Below are positions 48,347-57,984 of a stretch of DNA of 64,000 nucleotides, in pieces; within the stretch, counting starts at the first letter, position 1; each line of letters starts with the position of its first letter. Source of the DNA: Infirmifilum sp. (GTDB taxonomy: Archaea; Thermoproteota; Thermoprotei; Thermofilales; Thermofilaceae); the NCBI GenBank assembly GCA_041287245.1, contig JBEULP010000117.1, forward strand, positions 1 through 64,000. The letters run 5' to 3'. The notes under the pieces are model-generated. The model did no database searches, had not been told where the DNA came from, and was given only the letters and a program-made list of their open reading frames with translations. The position numbers and the translations under genes were made by a program.

Positions 48347-49785
48347 GCCTATACGATCGTCTATCTACCATATTCAGAGTACTACCCGAGGTTGAGAGGC
48401 CCTCAAGACGGCCTAGCTTAAGTGAAAGGCTCTTTTGGACCGGCCTTGTACTCGTAGCGTATTTCCTTATGGGCCAAATACCCCTTTACGGAATTCCTAG
48501 ACAAACCCAAGGAACCATCGGCGCGCTAGAGTTTCTACGCATTGTAATGGCGTCTAAACGAGGTACCTTGATAGAGCTTGGAATAGGCCCCATTGTTACA
48601 GCAGGAATAATCTGGCAGTTACTTGTTGGTAGTAGGATTATAAACTTGGACTTGACTTCGAGTAGTGGTAGGAAGACGTTTGCGGGTCTCCAGAAGCTAA
48701 CTGCTATTCTCTTCGCGGCACTCGAAGCATTCGCCTATATTTATGGGGGTGTCTACGGAGCACTAACTGCAACTCAGCAATACCTAGTTTTTGCGCAGCT
48801 ATTCATTGCCAGTTTATTCGTTATTCTAATGGATGACATGTTAGAAAAGGGATGGGGCATTGGAAGCGCGGTAAGCCTCTTCATAGCCGCTGGTGTGGCT
48901 CAACAGATATTCTGGGAGATGTTTGGGCCTATCGGGCCACTCGCCGATGGATTATATTATGGCTTTTTCCCCTCTCTCGCAGTTGGAATTGCCAATTTTG
49001 TCGCAACTGGAAATTCTACCTTGCTTCAATATTCCCTCTTAAGACCGACGGGGTACCCTGACTTCGTCAGCTTTGCTTCAATGATAGTTCTCCTATTAAT
49101 ATTGGCGTATATGGAAAGCACGAAGGTCACAATTCCTGTCGCCAGTGCAAGATTTAGCGGAATGCGGACAAGGATACCACTAAAACTCCTCTATGTATCC
49201 GTTATGCCAGTGATTCTTGTCGGAGCCCTCTATGCAAATGTATACATGATAACACAAGCTCTATGGCCGCGAGTGAACCCCGGGAACGAAAATCCCTATC
49301 TAAACCTTATCGCTAAATTCAACTATACCCAAAATGGCCCTGTTCCACTACCTGGAAGCCTAGTCTATTATATAACTCCTCCACGATCCGTCTACTCTAT
49401 AATCTACGACCCACTTCACGTTGCAATCTATACGTTAGTTTATCTGTTACTGGCTGTTCTATTCGGGGCAGCGTGGATCATAACCTCCGGCATGGACCCT
49501 GAAAGCCAGGCCGAGCAACTTGTCAAAGCCCAGCTCCAAATCCCCGGCTTCAGGAAGAGCGAGAAAGTAATAGCAAACATGCTAAGAAGGTATATTTGGA
49601 GTCTCACCATCTTGAGCAGTATTCTTATCGGGATTATAGCGGTTGTGAGCGACCTTTTAAGGGCGATGGGAGGAGGTACGGGTATACTCTTACTTGTTGG
49701 CATCACTATCCAGTATTACTCAATGCTTGCCAGCGAACGTGCCCTCGAAATGTATCCAACGCTGTCAAAGCTTCTGGGAGAATAA
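48343..49785 (+). CDS. secY: Protein translocase SecY
   Basis: LIELGIGPIVTAG, WGIGSAVSLFI, IPGFR, GTGILL. Confidence 0.98.
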   Translation: MSLYDRLSTIFRVLPEVERPSRRPSLSERLFWTGLVLVAYFLMGQIPLYGIPRQTQGTIGALEFLRIVMASKRGTLIELGIGPIVTAGIIWQLLVGSRIINLDLTSSSGRKTFAGLQKLTAILFAALEAFAYIYGGVYGALTATQQYLVFAQLFIASLFVILMDDMLEKGWGIGSAVSLFIAAGVAQQIFWEMFGPIGPLADGLYYGFFPSLAVGIANFVATGNSTLLQYSLLRPTGYPDFVSFASMIVLLLILAYMESTKVTIPVASARFSGMRTRIPLKLLYVSVMPVILVGALYANVYMITQALWPRVNPGNENPYLNLIAKFNYTQNGPVPLPGSLVYYITPPRSVYSIIYDPLHVAIYTLVYLLLAVLFGAAWIITSGMDPESQAEQLVKAQLQIPGFRKSEKVIANMLRRYIWSLTILSSILIGIIAVVSDLLRAMGGGTGILLLVGITIQYYSMLASERALEMYPTLSKLLGE

Positions 49786-49924
49786 GAAGGACAGCCATAG
49801 CGATATTATTTTTATTTTATGTAGAAAAATTCTTCAAATTTAAGCCTGAAATATAAAAATCATCACTTCTATATTAAAATAAAATTTTAATACTTAAACA
49901 ATTAATCAATCCTTTGAGATAAAA

Positions 49925-50137
49925 ATGCCGCGTAAAGTCACAGATAAGATCATAGAGAGGAAAAAACTTATCCACGACTATCTCAAAAAGCATGGCCCAA
50001 TACCAACAGTTGAGATAGTAAAGGATCTCGGGCTATCCCACAGCCAGGTCTTTTATATACTGCGGTTATTAATGCGTGAGGGGAAGGTTCGAGAGGAGAG
50101 AAGGGGTAAGATGGCGTTTTGGGTAGCAGTCGAATAA
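49925..50137 (+). CDS. Small basic winged-helix DNA-binding protein
   Basis: IHDYLKKHG...TVEIVKDLGLSHSQVFYILRLLMREGKV. Confidence 0.85.
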   Translation: MPRKVTDKIIERKKLIHDYLKKHGPIPTVEIVKDLGLSHSQVFYILRLLMREGKVREERRGKMAFWVAVE

Positions 50138-50193
50138 TCCAGACCGACGTGTTTAAATATAAAAACTTTGAAGATGACATCAAGGTGGGATAA

Positions 50194-50307
50194 ATGGGCG
50201 GGCGTCAGAGAACCTCTCTTTTCCTGGAGAGGAAGAAAGAACTACTAAAGGAAAAAGCTCAGGCGGCTCAGGCTGCTAAGTCAAAAGAAAAGTCCCCTGA
50301 GAAGTAA
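50194..50307 (+). CDS. 37-aa basic small protein (not in ORF track)
   Basis: MGGRQRTSLFLERKKELLKEKAQAAQAAKSKEKSPEK; SD AAGGTGGGA; TATA-like TTTAAATA upstream. Confidence 0.6.
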   Translation: MGGRQRTSLFLERKKELLKEKAQAAQAAKSKEKSPEK

Positions 50308-50319
50308 AAGGATGTATAA

Positions 50320-51156
50320 ATGAATACGTGTATTTTTCCACCCTCTAAGCCCATTTACAAGCGTGTTGTGGCAATACCTTCATCTAATTTTTCCAATCTT
50401 CCCGAACCTGCACGTACATTCCATATTGCGCTTCTCGCAAGAGCGCTAGCTATTTTTCGGGTCGAGGAGGTTGCCATATATAGACATGAAGGGGTTTCAT
50501 GTACTCATATTGAGGACGTGCTTAAGGCTCTTGAAACGCCCCAGTACCTTAGAAAAAAACTAACACCGCTTAAACCGCAGTTGAAGTATGTTGGGTTAGT
50601 CCCGCCTCTAGCTATTCCCTCGCACCAGCTTAAGGGTGAGGACTACCAGTACAGGGAGGGCCTCGTGGTCGCGAAGCATGGAGATATTCTTATTATTGAT
50701 ATAGGACTCGAGAGGCCTATTAGGCTCAAGGGAAGTTTAAACATGGGCGAACGCGTAACGGTGAAGAAGGAGGGGGACATTTGGCGAATCGTTGACCCGG
50801 ACAGCATAGAAGTTTACTGGGGGTTCAGAATAAAATGTTTCCCAGATTTAAGGTCACTCATCGATTACTATAGAAGTTTTTTGATCATAGCTGCTTCGCG
50901 CAAGGGGGTTCCCCTTACTACTCAGATCCTCTCATCAATCATTGGAAATTTAAGTAGCATGGGTGCTTCTGGTGTTCTTTTTCTCTTTGGAAGCTGGAAG
51001 AAGGGATTACATGAAATTGCTAGAGAAGAAGGTTTAGAGCTTGCCTCGATATCGAATTATATTCTGAATACGATACAATGCCAGGGTACGCGTACTGTGA
51101 GAACCGAGGAGGCCGTGTTAGCAACTCTCTCAATCTTCAATATTATTATCGGCTAA
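50320..51156 (+). CDS. SPOUT RNA methyltransferase (DUF171/MTH1-like)
   Basis: ARALAIFRV, ETPQYLRK, PPL..PSH, YREG, QGTRTVRTEEA; position before L3. Confidence 0.92.
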   Translation: MNTCIFPPSKPIYKRVVAIPSSNFSNLPEPARTFHIALLARALAIFRVEEVAIYRHEGVSCTHIEDVLKALETPQYLRKKLTPLKPQLKYVGLVPPLAIPSHQLKGEDYQYREGLVVAKHGDILIIDIGLERPIRLKGSLNMGERVTVKKEGDIWRIVDPDSIEVYWGFRIKCFPDLRSLIDYYRSFLIIAASRKGVPLTTQILSSIIGNLSSMGASGVLFLFGSWKKGLHEIAREEGLELASISNYILNTIQCQGTRTVRTEEAVLATLSIFNIIIG

Positions 51157-51273
51157 AGTTATACGGGTTGAAGGGCACCTCCTATATCTTGCGGCAGACC
51201 CCTGCAGTAAATTTAATAAGCCGTATAAACGTTGAAACGAACCGGTGTATCCTAGAGTTAGTGGTGGAGATAA

Positions 51274-52281
51274 ATGGCTAAAGGTCATAAACCCCGTCGT
51301 GGTTCAAGAGCCTATTATCCTAGGAAAAGGGCACGTAGTATTATAGCTAGGGCTAGGCGTTGGCCCAGGATAGACAAGGTTGTTCCCTTAGGCTTTGCTG
51401 GATACAAGGTTGGGATGGTACACATAGTCGGTGTCGAGATGAACAAGAACAGTCCCTTCTACGGTCAGGAAAGGGTATACTCGGCTACCGTACTGGAAGT
51501 TCCTCCTTTAAAGGTTGTAGGTGTCCGCACCTATACTTCTAAACCTTACGGGCTAGAAGCATTCACTGAAGTTTGGTCGCAACCACTACCCGATGAACTT
51601 AAGAGAGTGTTTACTGTGCCGAAGAAAGAAAACTACTTTGAAGAGCAGAAGAAGAAATTAGAAGAAAACGTTGATAAAATTAAAGAGGTTCGGCTTATCG
51701 TCGCGACTCAGCCAAGGATTACAGGGCTAGGTAAGAAAAAACCAGAGTTGTTTGAAATACCTGTGGGCGGGTCGCCCCAGGATGCACTTAAACTTGCACT
51801 TGAAAAACTGGGAAAAGAGCTGGACATATCTGAAGTTTTCAAGGAGGGCGATTATGTTGATGTTATAGCTGTGAGCAAGGGCAAAGGCTTCCAGGGTGTT
51901 GTCAAGAGATTCGGCGTAAAGGAGATGCCCAGATGGCATAAACATCGTAAAGGCCACCGGCGAATCGGAAGCGTAGGACCACAGGGGCCCTCCATAATGT
52001 TTTATACACCCTTTGCAGGCCAAACAGGTTTTCACCAGAGGACAGAGTACAACAAGCGTATAATAAAGATCGGTGAGATAAACAAGGAAAACATTAATCC
52101 ACCCGGCGGCTGGCCGCACTATGGACTAATCCGAACAAAGTTTGTCTTGGTTGAAGGAAGCGTCCCTGGTGCCGTTAAAAGATTGGTAAAGCTTCGAATG
52201 CCTATCAGGCTCCACAGGGTAATTGAAGCACCTAAGGTTGTGTATATCAGTACACAGGCTTGGCCCCAGGTTAGTGGGTGA
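51274..52281 (+). CDS. rpl3: Ribosomal protein L3 (uL3)
   Basis: PRRGS..YYPRKRA, GYKVGM, KGKGFQG.VKRFG, GFHQRTEYNK. Confidence 0.98.
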   Translation: MAKGHKPRRGSRAYYPRKRARSIIARARRWPRIDKVVPLGFAGYKVGMVHIVGVEMNKNSPFYGQERVYSATVLEVPPLKVVGVRTYTSKPYGLEAFTEVWSQPLPDELKRVFTVPKKENYFEEQKKKLEENVDKIKEVRLIVATQPRITGLGKKKPELFEIPVGGSPQDALKLALEKLGKELDISEVFKEGDYVDVIAVSKGKGFQGVVKRFGVKEMPRWHKHRKGHRRIGSVGPQGPSIMFYTPFAGQTGFHQRTEYNKRIIKIGEINKENINPPGGWPHYGLIRTKFVLVEGSVPGAVKRLVKLRMPIRLHRVIEAPKVVYISTQAWPQVSG

Positions 52282-52286
52282 GAGAG

Positions 52287-53093
52287 ATGAGTCAAGCCGA
52301 GGCTGTTTTACGAGAAGTTCCTGTATACGATTTAGAGGGTAATGAGGCTAAAAAGCTGACACTTCCCAGAATATTTGGAATGTCTGTGCGATACGACCTT
52401 ATTCGCAGAGCATTTCTAGCAGCCTTTACAGCGCGCTTGCAGCCAAAGGGTAATGATGTGCTAGCAGGGCTTAGAACCACAGCCGAGAGCTTAGGAGTGG
52501 GACACGGCATAGCCAGAGTTGCTCGGATAAAGGGAGGGATGCGGGCTGCGAGAGTAACTCAAGCTGTAAAGGGTCGACGCGCACATCCTCCCAAAGTGGA
52601 GAAAATCCTTGTGGAAAGGATAAATAAAAAGGAAAAGAAGCTTGCTTTAGCCTCTGCTATTGCAGCTACTTCGTTCAAGGAGCTTGTTGTTAAGAGAGGA
52701 CATGTGGTTCCTGATAAGCCCTTACCAATCATACTTACAGATGATCTTGAGAGTATTAACAAAGCCTCTCAACTACGGGCGGTGTTTGAGAAAATCGGGG
52801 TATGGGACGACGTTGTACGTGCCGGGAGGGGGATTAGGGTAAGGGCAGGTAAAGGTAAACTTAGAGGTAGAAAATACAAGAAGCCTAGAAGCATCTTAAT
52901 CATAGTGAGCAATCATCGGGAGCTTTTAAAAGCAGCTAAAAACATGCCGGGTGTTGAAGTAGTAAGTGCTGCTCAGGTGTCTGTGCTGCATTTGGCTCCG
53001 GGTGGCGTACCTGGGCGTTTAACTATATTCACTGAAAAGGGTCTTAAAGCCCTTGAGGAGAGACTTGGAGATTTGAAGGTGGTGAACGTATGA
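52287..53093 (+). CDS. rpl4: Ribosomal protein L4 (uL4)
   Basis: TTAES.G.G.G.ARV, GRRAHPP, HLAPGG.PGRL. Confidence 0.97.
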   Translation: MSQAEAVLREVPVYDLEGNEAKKLTLPRIFGMSVRYDLIRRAFLAAFTARLQPKGNDVLAGLRTTAESLGVGHGIARVARIKGGMRAARVTQAVKGRRAHPPKVEKILVERINKKEKKLALASAIAATSFKELVVKRGHVVPDKPLPIILTDDLESINKASQLRAVFEKIGVWDDVVRAGRGIRVRAGKGKLRGRKYKKPRSILIIVSNHRELLKAAKNMPGVEVVSAAQVSVLHLAPGGVPGRLTIFTEKGLKALEERLGDLKVVNV

Positions 53094-53356
53094 GCACGTC
53101 TGGGAGTAGCGTGATAATAAGGCCTCATTTGACAGAAAAGACCTTAAGGTTGATTGAAGAGGCTAACACTCTTACCTTTGTAGTTGATCGTCGTGCCACT
53201 AAGAAACAGATAAAAGAAGAGGTGGAGAGGATGTTCAACGTAAAGGTGGAAAAGGTGAATACATTGAACGCTATGGATGGAAACAAAAAAGCCTATGTTA
53301 AGCTATCTAAGGAGTATTCGGCATCTGAAATAGCTACGAGGATGGGTTTAGTATAG
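53090..53356 (+). CDS. rpl23: Ribosomal protein L23 (uL23)
   Basis: TEKT, NTLTFVV, KVNTL, KKAYVKL. Confidence 0.97.
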   Translation: MSTSGSSVIIRPHLTEKTLRLIEEANTLTFVVDRRATKKQIKEEVERMFNVKVEKVNTLNAMDGNKKAYVKLSKEYSASEIATRMGLV

Positions 53357-53367
53357 TGGTGATATAA

Positions 53368-54111
53368 ATGGGTAAAAGGATATTGGTTCAGAGAAGGGGT
53401 CGCGGCGGCTCAGTCTTCAGGAACCCGAAGTGGAAACGTATCGGTCCTGCTAGGTATCTAGAGTACAATGCCGAGGAGTTTAAGAATAAGGTTCTGGTTG
53501 GTTACGTCAAGGAGCTGCTTCATGAACCTGGCAGAGGCACACCTTTGGCGATAGTACAATTTGAGGATGGCAGAGAGATGATAATGATACCCCCAGAAGG
53601 TTTAGCCGTCGGCCAAAAGATCTATTATGGAGCTAATGCGCCGATTTCCCTCGGCAGCATAATCGAACTGGGTAAAGCACCCGAGGGAACTATTGTATCA
53701 AACGTGGAATTGCGTCCGGGTGATGGTGGGAAACTGGCTAGGAGCAGCGGCGCCTATGCTGTGATTCTAGCCCACTCGAGGAATAAGACGTTGTTACAAC
53801 TGCCCTCGAAGAAGGTTAAGGAGGTGGAGAGTAACTCTAGGGCAACTATAGGTATTGTTGCTGCAGGAGGAAGAACTGAGAAACCATTTCTCAAAGCAGG
53901 TAAAAAGTACCACTGGTCTCGTGCCAAGTCGTTTAAATATCCCCTTGTACGTGGCAAGGCAATGTCTCCCTACGCGCACCCTGCGGGTGGAGGACAGCAC
54001 CCTAAGGGTTTAACACCAGCGCCGAGAAATGCCCCGCCAGGTAGAAAAGTGGGTCATATCGCTGCGCGTAGAACTGGTAGAAGGAAAGGAACATCTAGAG
54101 TTCAGAGATAA
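53368..54111 (+). CDS. rpl2: Ribosomal protein L2 (uL2)
   Basis: MGKRI..QRRGRG, HEPGR, PGDGGKLARSSG, HPAGGG. Confidence 0.98.
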   Translation: MGKRILVQRRGRGGSVFRNPKWKRIGPARYLEYNAEEFKNKVLVGYVKELLHEPGRGTPLAIVQFEDGREMIMIPPEGLAVGQKIYYGANAPISLGSIIELGKAPEGTIVSNVELRPGDGGKLARSSGAYAVILAHSRNKTLLQLPSKKVKEVESNSRATIGIVAAGGRTEKPFLKAGKKYHWSRAKSFKYPLVRGKAMSPYAHPAGGGQHPKGLTPAPRNAPPGRKVGHIAARRTGRRKGTSRVQR

Positions 54112-54115
54112 AAAT

Positions 54116-55285
54116 CTAGGCTCCGCTTATAGTTTTTAAGAGAGTGCTTTCTAAGCTTGTAGCTATACCTCCTCCTACCTTACCTTTAATATCCCTCATA
54201 ACTACACTCTCAATTAGCATTTTACTGAGGTAAGGTGCTCTGCCAAAGAGGATTTTATTTTCCCAAACCATAATCGCCTTGTTGAACCCCACAGAGCAGA
54301 GACATTTAGGTCTAGAGGCAAGGAAAATAGGCTTATGCGTGTAAATAGGCTCTTTTCCTTGAAGTTGTCTGATAATATTTTTTGCGGCTGTTTTTCCTTG
54401 GAGAATCGCCTCCTCAGCCATCTTCATCGCATAATCCGAGTCAAATGTAAAATGATTTATGTCTCCAATAGCATATACTTCGTTTAAACCTTTGAGCTGT
54501 AAGCTTGGATTTACAACAATCCACCCCCGACCCTTTGTCTCTACTGGAATGTCGAAGTTTATATTTGGCGCTCTTACACCCACGCACCATATTATTGTGT
54601 CACATGTTAATTTACGCCCGCTATCCAAGAACACTGCGTTATCCTCTACTTTTTTAACCCCGTCTCCCTTGATGATATTTACGCCCGCGGATCTTAGGAA
54701 ATTCTCAACGATCTCCGAGGCTTTTATATTGTTCAAGGTTGGAAGGATGTATGGCATTTTTTCTACGATGGTTACCCTGCCCCTATATTTCTCAGCTAGC
54801 TCGCCCGCGATTTCAACCCCTGTTAATCCTCCTCCTATAATGCAGATCTGATTTTCAGGATTTGGTGATAAACTCTTCTGCATCTCGAGATAATGTTCTA
54901 AGCGCCACGAAGGAATGGTGTTCTCAGCGCCTGGTATATCATAGTATTCGATTTGTGCGCCTACAGCTAGCACTAGGTAATCGAAATCAATACTTTCACC
55001 ACTTTTTAGGATGACCTGTTTGTTCTTTACCGATATGCTGGCTACAACTCCTTTTTTAAAAGAGACTTGCAGCCTCTTTGCTATCTTCTCGTAGGGTTCT
55101 GTAATGTCATTAATGGTTTTTTTACTAGAGAGTAGATAGGGTAGAGATGGCAAGTATACAAATCTGTCATTGCTATCTATAAGGATAAGCTCATGTTGCC
55201 TAGCTACTTCGGATTGACTTAGTGTTTTCAAGGCATAAAAACCTCCAAATCCTCCTCCTGCAACCACTATCTTTTTGGTCATCAA
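54116..55285 (-). CDS. NAD(P)/FAD-dependent oxidoreductase (NDH-2-like)
   Basis: Rossmann motifs GGGFGG and GGGLTGVE; FDYLVLAVG; VYAIGD. Confidence 0.92.
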   Translation of the reverse strand: MMTKKIVVAGGGFGGFYALKTLSQSEVARQHELILIDSNDRFVYLPSLPYLLSSKKTINDITEPYEKIAKRLQVSFKKGVVASISVKNKQVILKSGESIDFDYLVLAVGAQIEYYDIPGAENTIPSWRLEHYLEMQKSLSPNPENQICIIGGGLTGVEIAGELAEKYRGRVTIVEKMPYILPTLNNIKASEIVENFLRSAGVNIIKGDGVKKVEDNAVFLDSGRKLTCDTIIWCVGVRAPNINFDIPVETKGRGWIVVNPSLQLKGLNEVYAIGDINHFTFDSDYAMKMAEEAILQGKTAAKNIIRQLQGKEPIYTHKPIFLASRPKCLCSVGFNKAIMVWENKILFGRAPYLSKMLIESVVMRDIKGKVGGGIATSLESTLLKTISGA

Positions 55286-55433
55286 ATATATAGTAAATTT
55301 GATAAATAGATATATTCTTGTAAATAATCACTATTGTTACTCTTTTATATATACAGGCGAAAGAGATAAAAGCGCCAGCTCGTTTTTGAAAAAAGCTTAA
55401 ATTTATGAGAGCATAAGAGAAGAGGTGCCATAG

Positions 55434-55859
55434 ATGGAGTCATCGAGCAAATACACCTTTAGGGGATACACAGTTGAAGAGCTGGAGAAGATGCCGCTAG
55501 AGAAGTTTATCGAGCTTCTTCCTTCTCGCCAGCGCCGATCCTTGACCCGTACTCTAATCAAGGGTACCAGTGAGGAGCATTTGAAACTACTAGAGAAAAT
55601 TAGACGCGCTAAGAAGCTTGTAAGTGAGGGTAAGAAACAACCCGTAATCCGCACTCATCTCAGAGACTTCCTTATTCTCCCGGAAATGATTGGGCTGACT
55701 ATACACGTCTACAACGGGAAAGAGTATGTGCCCGTAGAGATAATACCAGAGCGCGTTGGTCATTTTCTCGGCGAGTTTGCTCTTACAACTAAGAAGGTTG
55801 AACATGGCGAGCCTGGACTAAGAGCTACGAGATCATCAATGTTTGTTGCATTAAAGTAG
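55434..55859 (+). CDS. rps19: Ribosomal protein S19 (uS19)
   Basis: [22 protein letters not shown]. Confidence 0.97.
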   Translation: MESSSKYTFRGYTVEELEKMPLEKFIELLPSRQRRSLTRTLIKGTSEEHLKLLEKIRRAKKLVSEGKKQPVIRTHLRDFLILPEMIGLTIHVYNGKEYVPVEIIPERVGHFLGEFALTTKKVEHGEPGLRATRSSMFVALK

Positions 55860-55870
55860 GGTGAAATATC

Positions 55871-56377
55871 TTGTCTCAAAACGTTAAGGTTGTCAGTCTT
55901 CTGGTTGAAGGCGGGAAGGCGACAGCTGGGCCTCCAATCGGTCCGGCCCTCGGCCCTCTAGGACTAAACGTGATGCAGGTTGTGAAGAAGATAAATGAGC
56001 TTACACAAGAGTACGCTGGAATGCGTGTACCCGTGAAAGTGATTGTTAACACTGAAAACAAAACTTTTGAAGTTGAAGTTGGGACTCCTACAACTGCGGC
56101 TCTAATAGTTAAAGAGCTTAAAATAGAGAAGGGAGCGCATCAGTCTACTAAAGAATGGGTTGGTAATCTTTCCATTGAGCAGGTTATTAAAATAGCAAGG
56201 GTGAAAATGAGAGAAATGGGAGCTAAAACTTTGAAAGCAGCTGTTAAGACAGTTGCCGGGACATGCCAGTCCATGGGCGTAACTATAGATGGCAAGCCTC
56301 CAAAACAGTTCATAGCCGATATGGAGAAAGGCATATACGATGATATACTCCGGAGGTATGAAGGTGAGGCTTCGTGA
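55871..56377 (+). CDS. rpl11: Ribosomal protein L11 (uL11)
   Basis: GGKATAGPPIGPALGPLG, GTCQSMGV. Confidence 0.97.
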   Translation: MSQNVKVVSLLVEGGKATAGPPIGPALGPLGLNVMQVVKKINELTQEYAGMRVPVKVIVNTENKTFEVEVGTPTTAALIVKELKIEKGAHQSTKEWVGNLSIEQVIKIARVKMREMGAKTLKAAVKTVAGTCQSMGVTIDGKPPKQFIADMEKGIYDDILRRYEGEAS

Positions 56378-57051
56378 GTGCAGTAGCTACAAGCATACAG
56401 AATAGCATTCAAGCAGCCATTAAAAAGGCACTACAGGAGTCTCCGAAGAAGAGGCGTTTCAAACAAAGCATTGAGATGATAATCACCCTCAAGGACGTTG
56501 ACCTCAAAAAACCCGAGAACAGAATTAATGCCACAGTAACACTTCCATACCCCCCAGCCTCAAAGCTCTCGAAGGTTGTTGTAATCGCAACAGGTGATAC
56601 TGCTTTAAAAGCAAAAGAGGCGGGGGCTGACCTGGTAATCGACAGGGATGATCTTCAGAAGCTTTCTAATGATAAAAAAGCGTTAAAGAAGCTTGCTAAA
56701 AAATATGACTTTTTCCTAGCACAGACTGATCTAATGGTTCAAGTAGGACGAGTGCTTGGAAAATACCTCGGACCTCGCGGCAAGATGCCCCAACCAATAC
56801 CCCCGAATGCGCCGATTGCTCCACTTATTGAAAGGCTTCGGAACTCCATCCGTATAAGAATGAGGGAAGACCCAGTTGTAATGTGCAGAATTGGAATTGA
56901 GGACCAGCCGTTAGAGCATCTAACTGCCAATGCTCGCGCAATCCTGGATGAGATTCTCAAAAAGTTCTCTCTCAACAACCTCGACAGGATATACTTTAAA
57001 CTGACGATGGGTAAGCCTGTTAAAGTCGAAAGGTCGGGTGGTGAAAGATGA
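56374..57051 (+). CDS. rpl1: Ribosomal protein L1 (uL1)
   Basis: RRFKQS, LGPRGKMP, KLTMG. Confidence 0.97.
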   Translation: MSAVATSIQNSIQAAIKKALQESPKKRRFKQSIEMIITLKDVDLKKPENRINATVTLPYPPASKLSKVVVIATGDTALKAKEAGADLVIDRDDLQKLSNDKKALKKLAKKYDFFLAQTDLMVQVGRVLGKYLGPRGKMPQPIPPNAPIAPLIERLRNSIRIRMREDPVVMCRIGIEDQPLEHLTANARAILDEILKKFSLNNLDRIYFKLTMGKPVKVERSGGER

Positions 57052-57938
57052 GTAGAACCGTAGCCGTAGCATCAGCTAAGATGAGCCCCGTCAGGGCTCG
57101 CAAAGTAAAGCTAGTAGAAGAACTCGTAGGAGACCTCAAGACCTATAAGTACTTCATGATTGCCAGGATTACTGGTCTACCCAGCTCTGTGATAAAAGGG
57201 AGCCGAGACCTTCTGAGAGAAAAGAACTCTAAACTTAAGGTTGTTAAAAATACCCTTTTTCTAATAGCCCTCAAAGAGTCTGGCAAGTATTCAGAGGAGT
57301 TTAAGGGGGTTCTTCAAGGCCAAAATGCTGTCATCTTTACAGACTCAAACCCCTTCGAAATAGTGATTTTCCTGAATAAGCAAAAGATAACACGTCCTGC
57401 ACGCCCCGGTGACACAGCTACTAATGAAATCGTAATCCCCGCTGGAAACACCGGCATACCTCCAGGCCCCGCAATCAGCCTTTTCAATAAACTCAATATC
57501 CCTATGCGGGTACAAGAGGGGAGTATATGGGTAGCCAAGGACACTGTTGTCGCCAAACCGGGAGACGTTGTATCTCCTGAGCTAGCGGATCTCCTTAACA
57601 AGCTAGGAATGAAGCCCATTGAAAGCAAACTGGATATAAAGGTAATCGTGATTGATAGCCGAATAGTTAAGCCCGAGGAGGTCGTGCTTGATCCCAAGCT
57701 CTACTTTGAGAACATTAAAACAGCCCACGCTCAAGCTTTTAACTTATCCGTCAATGCTGCCCTGCCGCTACCAGAGGTTATGGGTCTACTAGTTACCAAG
57801 GCACACCGTGAGGCGCTTGCATTGGCGATAGAAGCAGGGATACCGGACAAGGAAATATTACCCTATGTTATCGCGAAGGCGCACAGCACTGCTCAGTCTC
57901 TCTACAATCTTCTAAAAAGCAAAAACCCTAATATCTAG
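57048..57938 (+). CDS. rpl10: Ribosomal protein L10/P0 (uL10)
   Basis: KVVKNTL, NPF, PAGNTGIPPGP, LGMKP; no acidic C-terminal tail. Confidence 0.95.
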   Translation: MSRTVAVASAKMSPVRARKVKLVEELVGDLKTYKYFMIARITGLPSSVIKGSRDLLREKNSKLKVVKNTLFLIALKESGKYSEEFKGVLQGQNAVIFTDSNPFEIVIFLNKQKITRPARPGDTATNEIVIPAGNTGIPPGPAISLFNKLNIPMRVQEGSIWVAKDTVVAKPGDVVSPELADLLNKLGMKPIESKLDIKVIVIDSRIVKPEEVVLDPKLYFENIKTAHAQAFNLSVNAALPLPEVMGLLVTKAHREALALAIEAGIPDKEILPYVIAKAHSTAQSLYNLLKSKNPNI

Positions 57939-57984
57939 GCTTTCTTGCCCACTAAATTTAATTATTCTTGCGATTTGCTAAGGT

